Source: Macrostomum lignano (lineage: Eukaryota). Taken from it: a stretch of 64,000 bases of DNA. Of this stretch, positions 63,956 to 64,000 are shown piece after piece (within the stretch, counting starts at the first letter, position 1; the number at the start of each line of letters is the position of its first letter). The stretch is from NCBI GenBank assembly GCA_002269645.1, contig NIVC01000105.1:721992-785991 (forward strand). Direction: 5' to 3'. The notes below the pieces were generated by a model. The model made no database searches, was not told the origin of the DNA, and was given only the letters and a program-made list of their open reading frames with translations. Made by a program: the position numbers and the translations under genes.

Positions 63956-64000
63956 GTTAGTCTAGGAAAACTGAGTCAAGTCATGTTTGCAAGCGAAGGA

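Overview
Eukaryotic, AT-rich DNA, probably an invertebrate metazoan (spliceosomal-type introns, TTAGGG tract). It is made almost entirely of nested transposable elements, and I could not support any host gene. (1) Two copies of one Ty3/Gypsy family. Copy 1 (<1-8089) has an uninterrupted single gag-pol ORF, a ~1.9-kb 3' UTR rich in hairpin arrays, a PPT and a 3' LTR. Copy 2 (~60725-63955) has a 5' LTR, a tRNA-Gln PBS, a repeat-rich leader and a gag that is frameshifted and truncated in the protease. Both encode a cold-shock domain of CSDE1/UNR type between the Gag CCHC knuckle and the protease; this is the most unusual signal in the window. (2) A 21.9-kb foldback-like DNA element (37174-59078; 80-bp TIRs, perfect 8-bp TSD, 567-bp inner inverted arms) holding a decayed NOF-like (Mutator-type) transposase. 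Nested in it are a LINE fragment, a solo LTR and a head-to-tail trio of non-autonomous Helitrons with different internal satellites. (3) Two decayed CMC/EnSpm transposases with accessory genes (one BEN-like), a TIR-bounded non-autonomous CMC element, further solo LTRs with 4-bp TSDs, and several minisatellites. All family assignments come from motif recognition by eye; no database searches were run.
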